Of a stretch of 64,000 bases of DNA, positions 18,159 through 26,880 are shown piece after piece. Within the stretch, counting starts at the first letter, position 1, and every line of letters begins with the position of its first letter. Source of the DNA: Myxococcales bacterium (lineage in GTDB: Bacteria > Myxococcota_A > UBA9042 > JABWCM01 > BTVJ01); contig BTVJ01000025.1 of assembly GCA_045863395.1 (NCBI GenBank), forward strand, positions 1-64,000, in the 5' to 3' direction. Below the pieces are notes generated by a model. The model ran no database searches and was not told the DNA's origin. It saw only the letters and a list, made by a program, of their open reading frames with translations. The translations under genes were made by a program, and so were the position numbers.

Positions 18159-18186
18159 AGCATGGCCGCCCGTATCGTCCTGTCAA
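18159..18186 (-). promoter_or_regulatory. Putative internal sigma70 promoter
   Basis: Minus strand TTGACA-N16-CATGCT about 45 nt upstream of ATG 18113. Confidence 0.35.
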
Positions 18187-18313
18187 GCTTTGTCGTAGCG
18201 GAGTCTGCTCCGTGAGCATCGTGGGCGACGGCGCCCGCCTCACACCAGCTCTGGAGGTCGCCCCCCGGACGGCAGGCTCTCAACGACCGACACCACATCA
18301 GGATTCCCGCTGC

Positions 18314-18763
18314 TCACCGGCTCGATGCCTTGACCGCGATGATCAACGCCCCACCCGCGTGCTGGGCTCCTCCATGGAAGAACACGCCGCCCTCGTGGAC
18401 CCGGATGTTCATCTGCAGATCCCCCATGACGAAGCGCAGCTTCACGTACTCCTTGCTGGTGCCCCGGTAGATGAGCTGGAGGGTCTTGCCGTTGGGCATC
18501 GCCATGGAGCCGGTCTGTTCCATGGCGAGCTCCATGTTCTGCCGCCCGAGCATGGTGAAGCGCTCGTAGCCCCCGAACCGCTTGAAGTGCTGGGCCAGGT
18601 CCTGCAAAGACGGATGGACGTAGGGCTCTCCCTTGGTCGCATGGATGATGCGAACGTCCAGGCGAGCCCTGTCGTCGGCCTGGACCGGCCGGGGAGCAGC
18701 GGTGATCGCAAGGACGATCACAGCCACCACCGCTGCTGCCACAACGCGCGCACCCATCGTCAA
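18314..18763 (-). CDS. Secreted hypothetical protein coupled to the anti-sigma gene
   Basis: Signal peptide and beta-rich mature part. TTG start overlaps the anti-sigma stop (an ATG 6 nt downstream is an alternative). Confidence 0.75.
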   Translation of the reverse strand: MTMGARVVAAAVVAVIVLAITAAPRPVQADDRARLDVRIIHATKGEPYVHPSLQDLAQHFKRFGGYERFTMLGRQNMELAMEQTGSMAMPNGKTLQLIYRGTSKEYVKLRFVMGDLQMNIRVHEGGVFFHGGAQHAGGALIIAVKASSR

Positions 18764-19455
18764 CCTCCCTGAACCCCGGAGTCCACCGGCTCGTCGTCAT
18801 AGTGCCACACGATGGTGGGCTCCGACGGGTCGTCCTGAATCTGATCGATGATCACGGTCCCCCGCGTGTACTCCACTGCGCTGATCCACGCCCTGTTGTC
18901 GCCCCCGCCAGCTACCCCCACGGGCTCCTGGGGCCGCCCCGACTTGGCAGGGCTCGCTGCCGAGATCTCCGCCGGGCCGCGCTCACCGGCGGCCTTGTCC
19001 TTGGACCCGTCCGGCAGCAGCAGCGCCACGGCCACGGCCACGACCACCGCTGCTGCGAAGGCCGCCGCCATCACGGGCTGCCCTCCGAAGACGGTTGACC
19101 AGGCGGCGCGGAGGCGCTCCCACAGGCTCGGCTGCTCGACAGCCGCACGGCGCACCGCATCGGGCAGCACCTCCGGCACGGGGACCGGCGACAGGGACGC
19201 GCCGGGCCGAGCCGCGATCCCGGCCTCGATGCGCTCCCACACTCCGTCGAAGCTCGCCGTCTGGGCGGCCGCGATCACAGGTTCGCGGAAGGCTTCACGC
19301 AGGGCGACGAGGCCCTCGACCTCCTCCTGGCAGGCGGCGCAGGTGGCGACCTCCGCCTCGACGGCGGCGGCCTCCGCCTCCGACAGCTCCCCGTCGAGCC
19401 ACGCGCCGAGCAGCTCGGACACGTGGTTGCGATGATCCCGCTGTTCCTGCTTCAT
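18760..19455 (-). CDS. Transmembrane anti-sigma factor (zf-HC2/ZAS-like)
   Basis: LLGAWLDGELSEAE....EAEVATCAAC; single TM; directly downstream of an ECF sigma. Confidence 0.85.
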   Translation of the reverse strand: MKQEQRDHRNHVSELLGAWLDGELSEAEAAAVEAEVATCAACQEEVEGLVALREAFREPVIAAAQTASFDGVWERIEAGIAARPGASLSPVPVPEVLPDAVRRAAVEQPSLWERLRAAWSTVFGGQPVMAAAFAAAVVVAVAVALLLPDGSKDKAAGERGPAEISAASPAKSGRPQEPVGVAGGGDNRAWISAVEYTRGTVIIDQIQDDPSEPTIVWHYDDEPVDSGVQGG

Positions 19456-19462
19456 GGCACCC

Positions 19463-20113
19463 TCACTCCTCCAGGTAGTCCTTGAGGTGTTTGGCCAGGT
19501 TGTGCCGGGCGTGGAAGAGGCGGCTCATCACCGTCCCTTTCGGGATGTCCAGCACCTCTGCAAGCTCCTCGTAGGACAGCCCGTCGACCTCTCTCAGCAC
19601 CAGGATCTCCATGTGGGCCGGGCTCAGCTTCTTGCTGGCCTCGTCGATCTTCTGCGCCAGCTCCTTCTGCCGGAGCGCCCGCAGCGGGCTCACGCCCGTG
19701 CTCGTGGACACCACCGGCGTCTCCGACTCGGCGGCGCTCTCGTGGGCCCGGCCGTCGTCATACTCGACGCTCCGCTTGTTGCGCTCGCGGCGGATGCGGT
19801 CGATGGCCACGTTGACTGTGATGCGATAGAGCCAGGTGTAGAAGCTGGAGTTGCCCTGGAAGGTGTCCAGGTGCCGATGCACCTTCACGAACGCTTCCTG
19901 GACCAGATCCATCGCGTCCTCCGGGTTCCGCACGAAGCCGTACGCGATCGAAAAGACCTTGCGCTGGTACCTCTCGAAGAGCGCCCGAAACGCTCGCTGG
20001 TCTCCACTCCTGGCTGCCTCTACGAGGCGCGCGTCGCCTTCGGGGGTTCCCGCACCAGCGACCACATCGGGCCGAGACGCCTGGGCGCTGGCTGTATTCA
20101 CGGGGTCCTTCAC
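19463..20113 (-). CDS. ECF sigma factor (RpoE-like)
   Basis: [55 protein letters not shown]. Confidence 0.93.
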   Translation of the reverse strand: MKDPVNTASAQASRPDVVAGAGTPEGDARLVEAARSGDQRAFRALFERYQRKVFSIAYGFVRNPEDAMDLVQEAFVKVHRHLDTFQGNSSFYTWLYRITVNVAIDRIRRERNKRSVEYDDGRAHESAAESETPVVSTSTGVSPLRALRQKELAQKIDEASKKLSPAHMEILVLREVDGLSYEELAEVLDIPKGTVMSRLFHARHNLAKHLKDYLEE

Positions 20114-20208
20114 GCGGCTCCACCCGGTCCTGACGGGGCTGGCGGGGCGGATCCAGGGGCCCCTGCCGGTCGATGCGGGGTCATCCTAGCCTACAAGGGT
20201 CCCGCCAG

Positions 20209-20234
20209 ACAACCGCCGCGGGTTGTGCTATCCT
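20209..20234 (+). promoter_or_regulatory. Palindrome ACAACC-N6-GGTTGT abutting an extended -10 (TGCTATCCT) in the divergent intergenic region
   Basis: Read directly from the sequence; function inferred from position. Confidence 0.3.
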
Positions 20235-20361
20235 CCTCGCCCTCGCGGGGGCGTCCGGCCGTTGTCGCCGGGAGCGGAATGTGGCCCCGCGAACGCCCAT
20301 TCTACCTGTCGCGCCCCTCCTGGCGAGGCGCCTGCTTCTCGCGCGGAGCCCACGGAGCCCG

Positions 20362-23300
20362 ATGCCTCGCAGCCCGACATCGCAGATCCTCGACGTGGTC
20401 CGGCGCGTGCGGCGCCGCATCGTCGTGCTCGCCGCGCTGGAGGCGGGCCTGTCCGCGGCGCTGGGGCTCCTGCTGCTCGGAGCCGTGGTCGTTCTGCTCG
20501 CGGCGCAGGATCTGGACCCGGCGCCCCTGCGCTGGGCGCTCGGGCTCGGGGGTGTCGCCGCGCTGGCGGGGGGGCTGGCGCTCGCGGCACGGCGGGGGCT
20601 CCGGCTGGCACGATCCGAGCTGGACGTCGCCCTGCTCGTCGAGTCGCGGGTGCCCGGGCTGCACAGCGGCGTCGTGTCGACCCTGGAGTTCGCGGCCGCG
20701 CAGCAGGAGGACCCGGTCACCGCGGCGCTCGTCGCCTCTCTGGCCGAGCGCACCGCCGAGCGCCTGGAGGGCGTGACCCCGGGGCACCTCGTGCCAGCCC
20801 AGCGGGCGGAGCGCACCGCGCACGTGCTCGGGCTCGTCGTCATCGCCCTGGGGCTGGTCGCCATCGTGGCCCCCGGCCCCTTCCGCGCAGGCCTTCACGC
20901 CTTGGTGGAGGGACGCGCGTCCGCGGCATCCCATCAGGGGCCGCAGAGCGCGGTGGTGGAGGCGAACGTCCGGGACATCCGGCTCCGGCTTCACTACCCC
21001 GCCTACATGCGGCGCCCGGTGCGCGAGATCGCGGGCGCCGGCGGAGACGTCGCGGCTCCCGCCGGCACCGTCGTCGAGGTGCGCGCCACCGCGCTGCGGG
21101 CGAGCCGCGACGCCATGCTGCTGATGGGCGACGGCCAGCGCCCGGTGCCGCTCACCCTGGAGGGCGGCATGGACGTGGCCGGGTCGTTCACGGTGACGGA
21201 GCCCACCACGTACACGTTTCGGCTCGTCACCCGTGACGGGCTGCGGCTCGACGAGGCCGCCAGCCATGTAGTCGACGTGGACCCGGACCACGCGCCGGAG
21301 GTGAGGCTTCTGGCGCCCGAGGCCGACCTGGAGCTGAACAAGCAGGACCGGCTGACGCTCGTGTACCAGGCGGCGGACGACGTCGGGCTCGGCCAGGTCG
21401 ATCTTGTGTACCGCAAGGTGGGCGGGGACGTGGTGCGGCGGCGGGTGGCGACGCTCGACGCAGACCTGCGGCACCAGGGGGACGCGGCGCTGGACCTGGG
21501 GGACACGGAGGGGAAGCTTGGCGACACCCTGGAGGTGTGGGTGGAGGCCTTCGATCAGGACACGGTGGGGGGGCCCAAGGTGGGGCGGAGCGAGGCGCGG
21601 CGCATCAAGATCTGGTCGCCGGAGGAGAAGCACGAGGAGAACGTGGACCGCCTTGCGGCTCTTGTCGAGGTGATGCTCGGGGTGCTGGCGGACCGCCTGG
21701 AGAGCCCCATCGACACGCTGAGCCTGGAGCGCTGGACCGACGCGCTGGACGTGGCCAGCTCGGCGAGCGTGCGGATGCGGAAGGTCATCGCGGCCCTCGA
21801 CGAGGTGATCGCCAGCGTCTCGGAGGACTCGATGATGCCCGCGGAGGTGCTCGGCGACTTGACGAGCATCCGCGACCGGCAGGACGAGCTGCGCCGGGGC
21901 GAGGAGCGGGACATGACGGCGGCGCTCGTGCTGGACGCGGACCACCCGCGGCGCCGGGAGATGCTCACGCTGCTGTTCGCCCACAACAACGAGGCCGTGG
22001 ACGCCCTGGAGGAGGACATCGTCAAGCTGGAGGACCTGGTCGACGCCTTGCGGGAGGACAAGCTCAAGAGCCAGACCCGCGACCTGCTGACGCAGCAGGC
22101 GCAGCTCATGGACCTGCTCGACGCCTTGCGGAAGTCGGGGGATCCGAGCGACGTCGCCAAGGCGCAGCGACAGATCGACGCGCTGCAGGATCAGCTCCGC
22201 AGCATGATGGAGCAGGTCGCCAAGCAGGCGAAGCGGCTCCCCTACGACAACTTCAACGCGAGCGCGCTGGACCCGAAGGGCACGCACAAGGACGTGATGG
22301 ACTTCCAGAAGGAGCTGGACGCCATCCGGGATCTGCTCGCCCAGGGGCGCATCGACGAGGCCATGAAGAAGGCGGAGGAGCTCCAGAAGGCGATGGCGGA
22401 GCTGATGGCGTCCATGGAGGAGGGCCTCGAGGGCACGGGCGGGGGCGGCGAGGCGCAGCAGAAGATGTCGGAGCTGGAGCAGCGGCTCGGGGAGGTGGCC
22501 GCCGAGGAGCAGGCGCTGCACCGGGAGACCAGCGAAATAGCGGAGGCGCAAGCCGAGGCCATGCAGCAGGCGCGGGGAGAGAGCTTGAAGGAGCTTCTGC
22601 GCGAACAGAAGGAGAAGGCGGACGCTGCCAGGATGAGGCTGAGCGAGATCGGCCCGAGCGGGATGGATCCGCGGGATCAGGAGGCGCTGGACGCCGGCAA
22701 GGAGGGGCTGCGGGAGCTATCGGAGCGGTTGGGGGCGGAGGATGTCGGGCAGGCGCTCCAGCTCGCCGAGGACGGGGAGCGGCAGCTCGGGGAGCTGGCG
22801 GGCGAGCTGGCGAAGGGGGCGGACGCGGCGAAGGAGGGGGCCGCGCAGCTCCACGAGGCGGGGAGGAAGGCGCGGGCGGCGGGGCAGGCGGCCGGCGAGA
22901 TCGCCGAGGCGCTGCGGGGGCTCCAGCCGAAGCCCGGAGAGATGATGACCCCGCAGGACGGCGAGCGGATGGCGGAGCTGGCGAAGCGGCAGGGGGAGGC
23001 GCGGCAGAAGCTGGAGGGGATCGGGCAGGAGGCGCGCGAGATGGGGCACACGCCCGGCATGGAGGGGCTCCAGCAGCTCATGGAGGGGGCGGGGCAGTCC
23101 ATGGAGCAGGCGGAGAAGCGGCTGTCCGAGCAGCAGCCGGGGGAGGCGCAGCGGTCCGAGGAGTCGGCGATGGACGCGCTCGACCGGGCGCGCAAGCGGA
23201 TGCGGCAGATGATGCAGCAGAAGCGGGGACCGGGCCCGGGGACGGGGCTGTCGCATGAGCGGGCCGAGATCCCGAAGGCCGAGGACTACCAGGTGCCCGC

Positions 23301-23397
23301 CGAGTTCCGGGAGGAGGTGCTGAAGGCGATGCGCGAGGGGGCCCCGCAGCGGTTCACGCCGATGATTCAGAAGTACTACGAGGAGCTGATCCGATGA
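20362..23397 (+). CDS. DUF4175-like membrane protein (N-terminal TMs, Ig-like domains, long Q/E-rich coiled coil)
   Basis: Three hydrophobic helices; YPAYM, DHAPEV and AADDVGL motifs; coiled-coil C-terminal half ending KYYEEL. Start chosen at MPRSPTS (GGAG upstream). Confidence 0.8.
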   Translation: MPRSPTSQILDVVRRVRRRIVVLAALEAGLSAALGLLLLGAVVVLLAAQDLDPAPLRWALGLGGVAALAGGLALAARRGLRLARSELDVALLVESRVPGLHSGVVSTLEFAAAQQEDPVTAALVASLAERTAERLEGVTPGHLVPAQRAERTAHVLGLVVIALGLVAIVAPGPFRAGLHALVEGRASAASHQGPQSAVVEANVRDIRLRLHYPAYMRRPVREIAGAGGDVAAPAGTVVEVRATALRASRDAMLLMGDGQRPVPLTLEGGMDVAGSFTVTEPTTYTFRLVTRDGLRLDEAASHVVDVDPDHAPEVRLLAPEADLELNKQDRLTLVYQAADDVGLGQVDLVYRKVGGDVVRRRVATLDADLRHQGDAALDLGDTEGKLGDTLEVWVEAFDQDTVGGPKVGRSEARRIKIWSPEEKHEENVDRLAALVEVMLGVLADRLESPIDTLSLERWTDALDVASSASVRMRKVIAALDEVIASVSEDSMMPAEVLGDLTSIRDRQDELRRGEERDMTAALVLDADHPRRREMLTLLFAHNNEAVDALEEDIVKLEDLVDALREDKLKSQTRDLLTQQAQLMDLLDALRKSGDPSDVAKAQRQIDALQDQLRSMMEQVAKQAKRLPYDNFNASALDPKGTHKDVMDFQKELDAIRDLLAQGRIDEAMKKAEELQKAMAELMASMEEGLEGTGGGGEAQQKMSELEQRLGEVAAEEQALHRETSEIAEAQAEAMQQARGESLKELLREQKEKADAARMRLSEIGPSGMDPRDQEALDAGKEGLRELSERLGAEDVGQALQLAEDGERQLGELAGELAKGADAAKEGAAQLHEAGRKARAAGQAAGEIAEALRGLQPKPGEMMTPQDGERMAELAKRQGEARQKLEGIGQEAREMGHTPGMEGLQQLMEGAGQSMEQAEKRLSEQQPGEAQRSEESAMDALDRARKRMRQMMQQKRGPGPGTGLSHERAEIPKAEDYQVPAEFREEVLKAMREGAPQRFTPMIQKYYEELIR

Positions 23398-24950
23398 GCG
23401 TCCTGAGTCGGGTGCTGCTTGCGGGGCTGCTCGTGCTGGTGGTGGGGCCGGCCCGCGCGGCGTCAGGACCCTTCGCCGAGGCGATGACGCTGCTCTCCGA
23501 GGAGCTGGTCGGCGAGGCGGTGCCGCTGGTCGAGGAGCTGGAGCGCCGCGAGCCCGACTCCGTGGACACGCGGCTGCTGCGGGCGAGGCTCCTCTATATG
23601 CAGGGGCGCTACCAGGACGCGGTGGACGCCATCGAGCGGGCGCGCGAGGCGGGGGCCATTCCCCGGCAGTGGCGCGGCTTCGAGGAGCAGGTGCGGTCGA
23701 CCCTGCAGGTGGTGCGAGGCTTCAAGGCGGTGCCGACCTCCCGGGGGAACTTCGTGCTGCACGTCCCGCCCGGGGTCGACGAGGTCTTGATCCCCTACGC
23801 GGATCAGGCCATGGAGGCCGCCTGGGACGCCTACGGGGACCTGTTCGGCTACCGGCCGTCCGAGCCCGTGCGCATCGAGGTCTACCCCCGCGTCGAGGAC
23901 CTGGCGGCGGTGAGCACGCTGTCGGTGGAGGACATCCAGAACAGCGGGACCATCGCGCTGTGCAAGTACAACCGCCTGATGATAACGAGCCCGCGGGACC
24001 TGCTGTACGGCTATGACTGGCTGGACACGCTGGCGCACGAGTACATCCACTTCGTCATCACGAAGCGGTCGCGCAACCGGGTGCCCATCTGGTTGCAGGA
24101 GGGGCTGGCCAAGTTCTTCGAGAACCGGTGGCGCGAGAAGGGGGACGCGCGGCTGGAGACGAGCTCCGAGGACCTCCTGGCGCGCAACCTCGCGAAGGGG
24201 CGCCTGATCACCTTCGAGGAGATGAGCCCGTCCATGGCGAAGCTGCCCACGCAGGAGGACGCGGCCCTCGCCTTCGCGGAGGTGTTCATGGCCATGCGGT
24301 ACATCCACCAGAGCGTGGGGCCGCAGGGGATCAATACGATGATCGACGTGATGCGGGACGGGGGGAGCGACCGGGAGGCCATCGAGCGGGTCATGGACAC
24401 GTCTTTTTCACGCTTCCAGGCGGACTGGCGCAAGTACCTCGGGCAGGCGGGCCTTCGGACGATGCCCGCGGCCTGGTCGCCCAAGCTGTACTTCCGGAAC
24501 AAGGACAAGAGCGGCGACGAGCTGGAGGAGATCGGCGCCGAGAAGGCGCGGCGGCACACCTACCTCGGAGACCGGCTGCGCGCCATGGAGCGCCACGGGG
24601 CGGCCGTGAAGGAGTACGCCAAGGCCATCGACGTGGTCGGAGAGTCGCCCATCGTGGCCGCGAAGCTGGCGGCGGCGTTGAACGCGCTCGGGCGGTGGAC
24701 CGACGCGCTCGACGCGCTCGCCCCGGTCTTGAAGGCCGAGCCCGACTATGTCTTGATCTGGCTCCACCTCGGCAAGGCGCGGCTCAACACGGGCGACGCC
24801 GCGGGGGCGGCGGAGGCGTTCGAGGCCGCGGTGCGGCTGAACCCCTTCGACCCGGACGCGCACGTGGGGCTGGCGAACGCCTATGAGAAGCTGGGGCGCA
24901 CGGAAGACGCCGCCCGGGAGCGGGCGCAGGTCGCGCTGCTGGCGCAGTGA
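23394..24950 (+). CDS. Secreted TPR protein with peptidase MA domain
   Basis: Signal peptide; LAHEYIHF...VPIWLQEGLA; TPRs on both sides; ATGA coupling to the upstream gene. Confidence 0.85.
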   Translation: MSVLSRVLLAGLLVLVVGPARAASGPFAEAMTLLSEELVGEAVPLVEELERREPDSVDTRLLRARLLYMQGRYQDAVDAIERAREAGAIPRQWRGFEEQVRSTLQVVRGFKAVPTSRGNFVLHVPPGVDEVLIPYADQAMEAAWDAYGDLFGYRPSEPVRIEVYPRVEDLAAVSTLSVEDIQNSGTIALCKYNRLMITSPRDLLYGYDWLDTLAHEYIHFVITKRSRNRVPIWLQEGLAKFFENRWREKGDARLETSSEDLLARNLAKGRLITFEEMSPSMAKLPTQEDAALAFAEVFMAMRYIHQSVGPQGINTMIDVMRDGGSDREAIERVMDTSFSRFQADWRKYLGQAGLRTMPAAWSPKLYFRNKDKSGDELEEIGAEKARRHTYLGDRLRAMERHGAAVKEYAKAIDVVGESPIVAAKLAAALNALGRWTDALDALAPVLKAEPDYVLIWLHLGKARLNTGDAAGAAEAFEAAVRLNPFDPDAHVGLANAYEKLGRTEDAARERAQVALLAQ

Positions 24951-24973
24951 ACACATACCACGGAGAGTGACAG

Positions 24974-25990
24974 TTGGAAGCGCAGGCAAGTGCGGCCGTG
25001 ACCGGCGTGGTCGCGGAGGTGGCCGAGATCGGAGAGGCGCGGCAGCGGATCCTGCGGGAGCTGGGCAAGCGCATCGTGGGGCAGGAGAAGGTCATCGATC
25101 TCTTGCTGGTCAGCCTGTTCGCGCGCGGGCACTCCCTGTTCATCGGCGTGCCGGGGCTCGCGAAGACGCTGCTGATCAGCACGCTGGCGGAGGCGCTGTC
25201 CCTGTCGTTCAACCGCATCCAGTTCACGCCGGACCTGATGCCCGCGGACATCACGGGGACGGACATTCTGGAGGAGGACCACACGACCGGGAAGCGCTTC
25301 TTCAAGTTCATCAAGGGGCCCGTGTTCTGCAACCTGCTGCTGGCCGACGAGATCAACCGGACGCCGCCCAAGACGCAGGCCGCGCTGCTCCAGGCCATGC
25401 AGGAGAAGCAGGTCACGGCGGGGGGGACGACGTTCACTCTGGAGCCGCCGTTTCTCGTGTTCGCGACGCAGAACCCCATCGAGCAGGAGGGGACCTACCC
25501 GCTGCCCGAGGCGCAGCTCGACCGGTTCATGTTCTCGGTGGGGGTGGACTACCCCGCTTTCGATGAAGAGCTTGAGATCGTGCGGTCGACCACGTCGGGG
25601 AGGCAGGTGAGGATCGAGAAGGTGCTCGCGCCGGAGCAGATCCTGCGCTACCAGGACCTGGTGCTGAAGGTGCCGGTCGCCGACCACGTGATCCGGTACG
25701 CCGTGCGGCTCGCGCAGGCGACGCGGCCCGACAACGCGCTGGCGCCGGAGCCGGTCAAGCGGTGGGTGGCGTGGGGGGCCGGGCCGCGGGCTTCGCAGTA
25801 CCTGATCCTGGCGGGCAAGGCGCGGGCGGCCATGCACGGGCGGCCCGCCGTCAGCGCCGACGACGTGCGGGCGCTGGCTCCCTACGTGCTTCAGCACCGC
25901 GTGCTGCCGAGCTTCCAGGCGGAGGCCGAGCGGGTGACCGCGCAGCGCATCGTGGAGGAGGTCCTGCGCGCGGTGCCCGAGAAGGCATGA
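24974..25990 (+). CDS. moxR: MoxR-family AAA+ ATPase
   Basis: GVPGLAKT, RIQFTPDLMPADITG, LLADEINR, ATQNPIEQEGTYPLPEAQLDRF and GAGPRA. Confidence 0.95.
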   Translation: MEAQASAAVTGVVAEVAEIGEARQRILRELGKRIVGQEKVIDLLLVSLFARGHSLFIGVPGLAKTLLISTLAEALSLSFNRIQFTPDLMPADITGTDILEEDHTTGKRFFKFIKGPVFCNLLLADEINRTPPKTQAALLQAMQEKQVTAGGTTFTLEPPFLVFATQNPIEQEGTYPLPEAQLDRFMFSVGVDYPAFDEELEIVRSTTSGRQVRIEKVLAPEQILRYQDLVLKVPVADHVIRYAVRLAQATRPDNALAPEPVKRWVAWGAGPRASQYLILAGKARAAMHGRPAVSADDVRALAPYVLQHRVLPSFQAEAERVTAQRIVEEVLRAVPEKA

Positions 25991-26880
25991 GCGCCCACGC
26001 CCTGCTCGACGCCGCGACCATGGCGCGGCTGTCCCATCTCGCCGTGAGGACCCCTCGCTTCGTGACCGGACCGCTGTCGGGACAGCACCGGAGCCCGCTC
26101 CACGGCTCGTCCATCGAGTTCGCCGAGCACAAGGAGTACTCGCCGGGCGACGAGATCCGCAACATCAACTGGCGGGCCTACGGCAAGAGCGACAAGTACT
26201 ACGTCAAGCGCTTCGAAGACGAGACCAACCTGCGGGCGTTCCTCTTGGTCGACGCGTCTGCGTCCATGGGCTACGCCGGGGCGGGGACGAGCAAGCTCCT
26301 GTTCGCGTCGCGCCTCGCGGCGGCGCTGTCCTTCCTGCTGCTCAAGCAGCAGGACCAGGTGGCGGTGCTGGCGTATGGGGACGACGTGCGCGCCTGGGTG
26401 CCGCCGCGGGCGACCAGCGCCCACCTCGGGATCATCGAGGACGCGCTCGTGGGGCTGGAGGCCAGCGGGGGGACGCGGCTCGACGTGGCGGTGCGCACCC
26501 TGATGGAGCACGTGGGGCGGCGCTCGCTCGTCTATGTGCTCAGCGACCTGTTCGAGGACCCGGCGACCATCGGGCGGCACCTGGGGCTGCTGGGGACGCG
26601 GCACCAGATCACGCTGCTCCACGTGCTCGACCCCCACGAGGTGGAGTTCCCCTTCGACGAGCTGACCCTGTTCAAGGCCATGGAGAGCGACCGCCAGGTC
26701 ATGGCCGAGCCGCGGGCCATCCGGGACACGTATCTGCGGGAGCTGGGGAGGCACTTCGACGCGCTCCGGCAGACCTGCCTGGAGCGGGGCGTCACCTATG
26801 CGAGGGTGGACAGCGGGACGCCCGTGGCGGACGCGGTCGTTGCGCTCCTCGGGGGGAAGGGGGGCGGGCGTGCTCTTTGA
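25987..26880 (+). CDS. DUF58 (VWA-like) protein
   Basis: G.HRS...GSSIEFAEHKEYSPGDEIRNINW; LLVDASASM MIDAS; VLSD; ATGA coupling to moxR. Confidence 0.92.
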   Translation: MSAHALLDAATMARLSHLAVRTPRFVTGPLSGQHRSPLHGSSIEFAEHKEYSPGDEIRNINWRAYGKSDKYYVKRFEDETNLRAFLLVDASASMGYAGAGTSKLLFASRLAAALSFLLLKQQDQVAVLAYGDDVRAWVPPRATSAHLGIIEDALVGLEASGGTRLDVAVRTLMEHVGRRSLVYVLSDLFEDPATIGRHLGLLGTRHQITLLHVLDPHEVEFPFDELTLFKAMESDRQVMAEPRAIRDTYLRELGRHFDALRQTCLERGVTYARVDSGTPVADAVVALLGGKGGGRAL

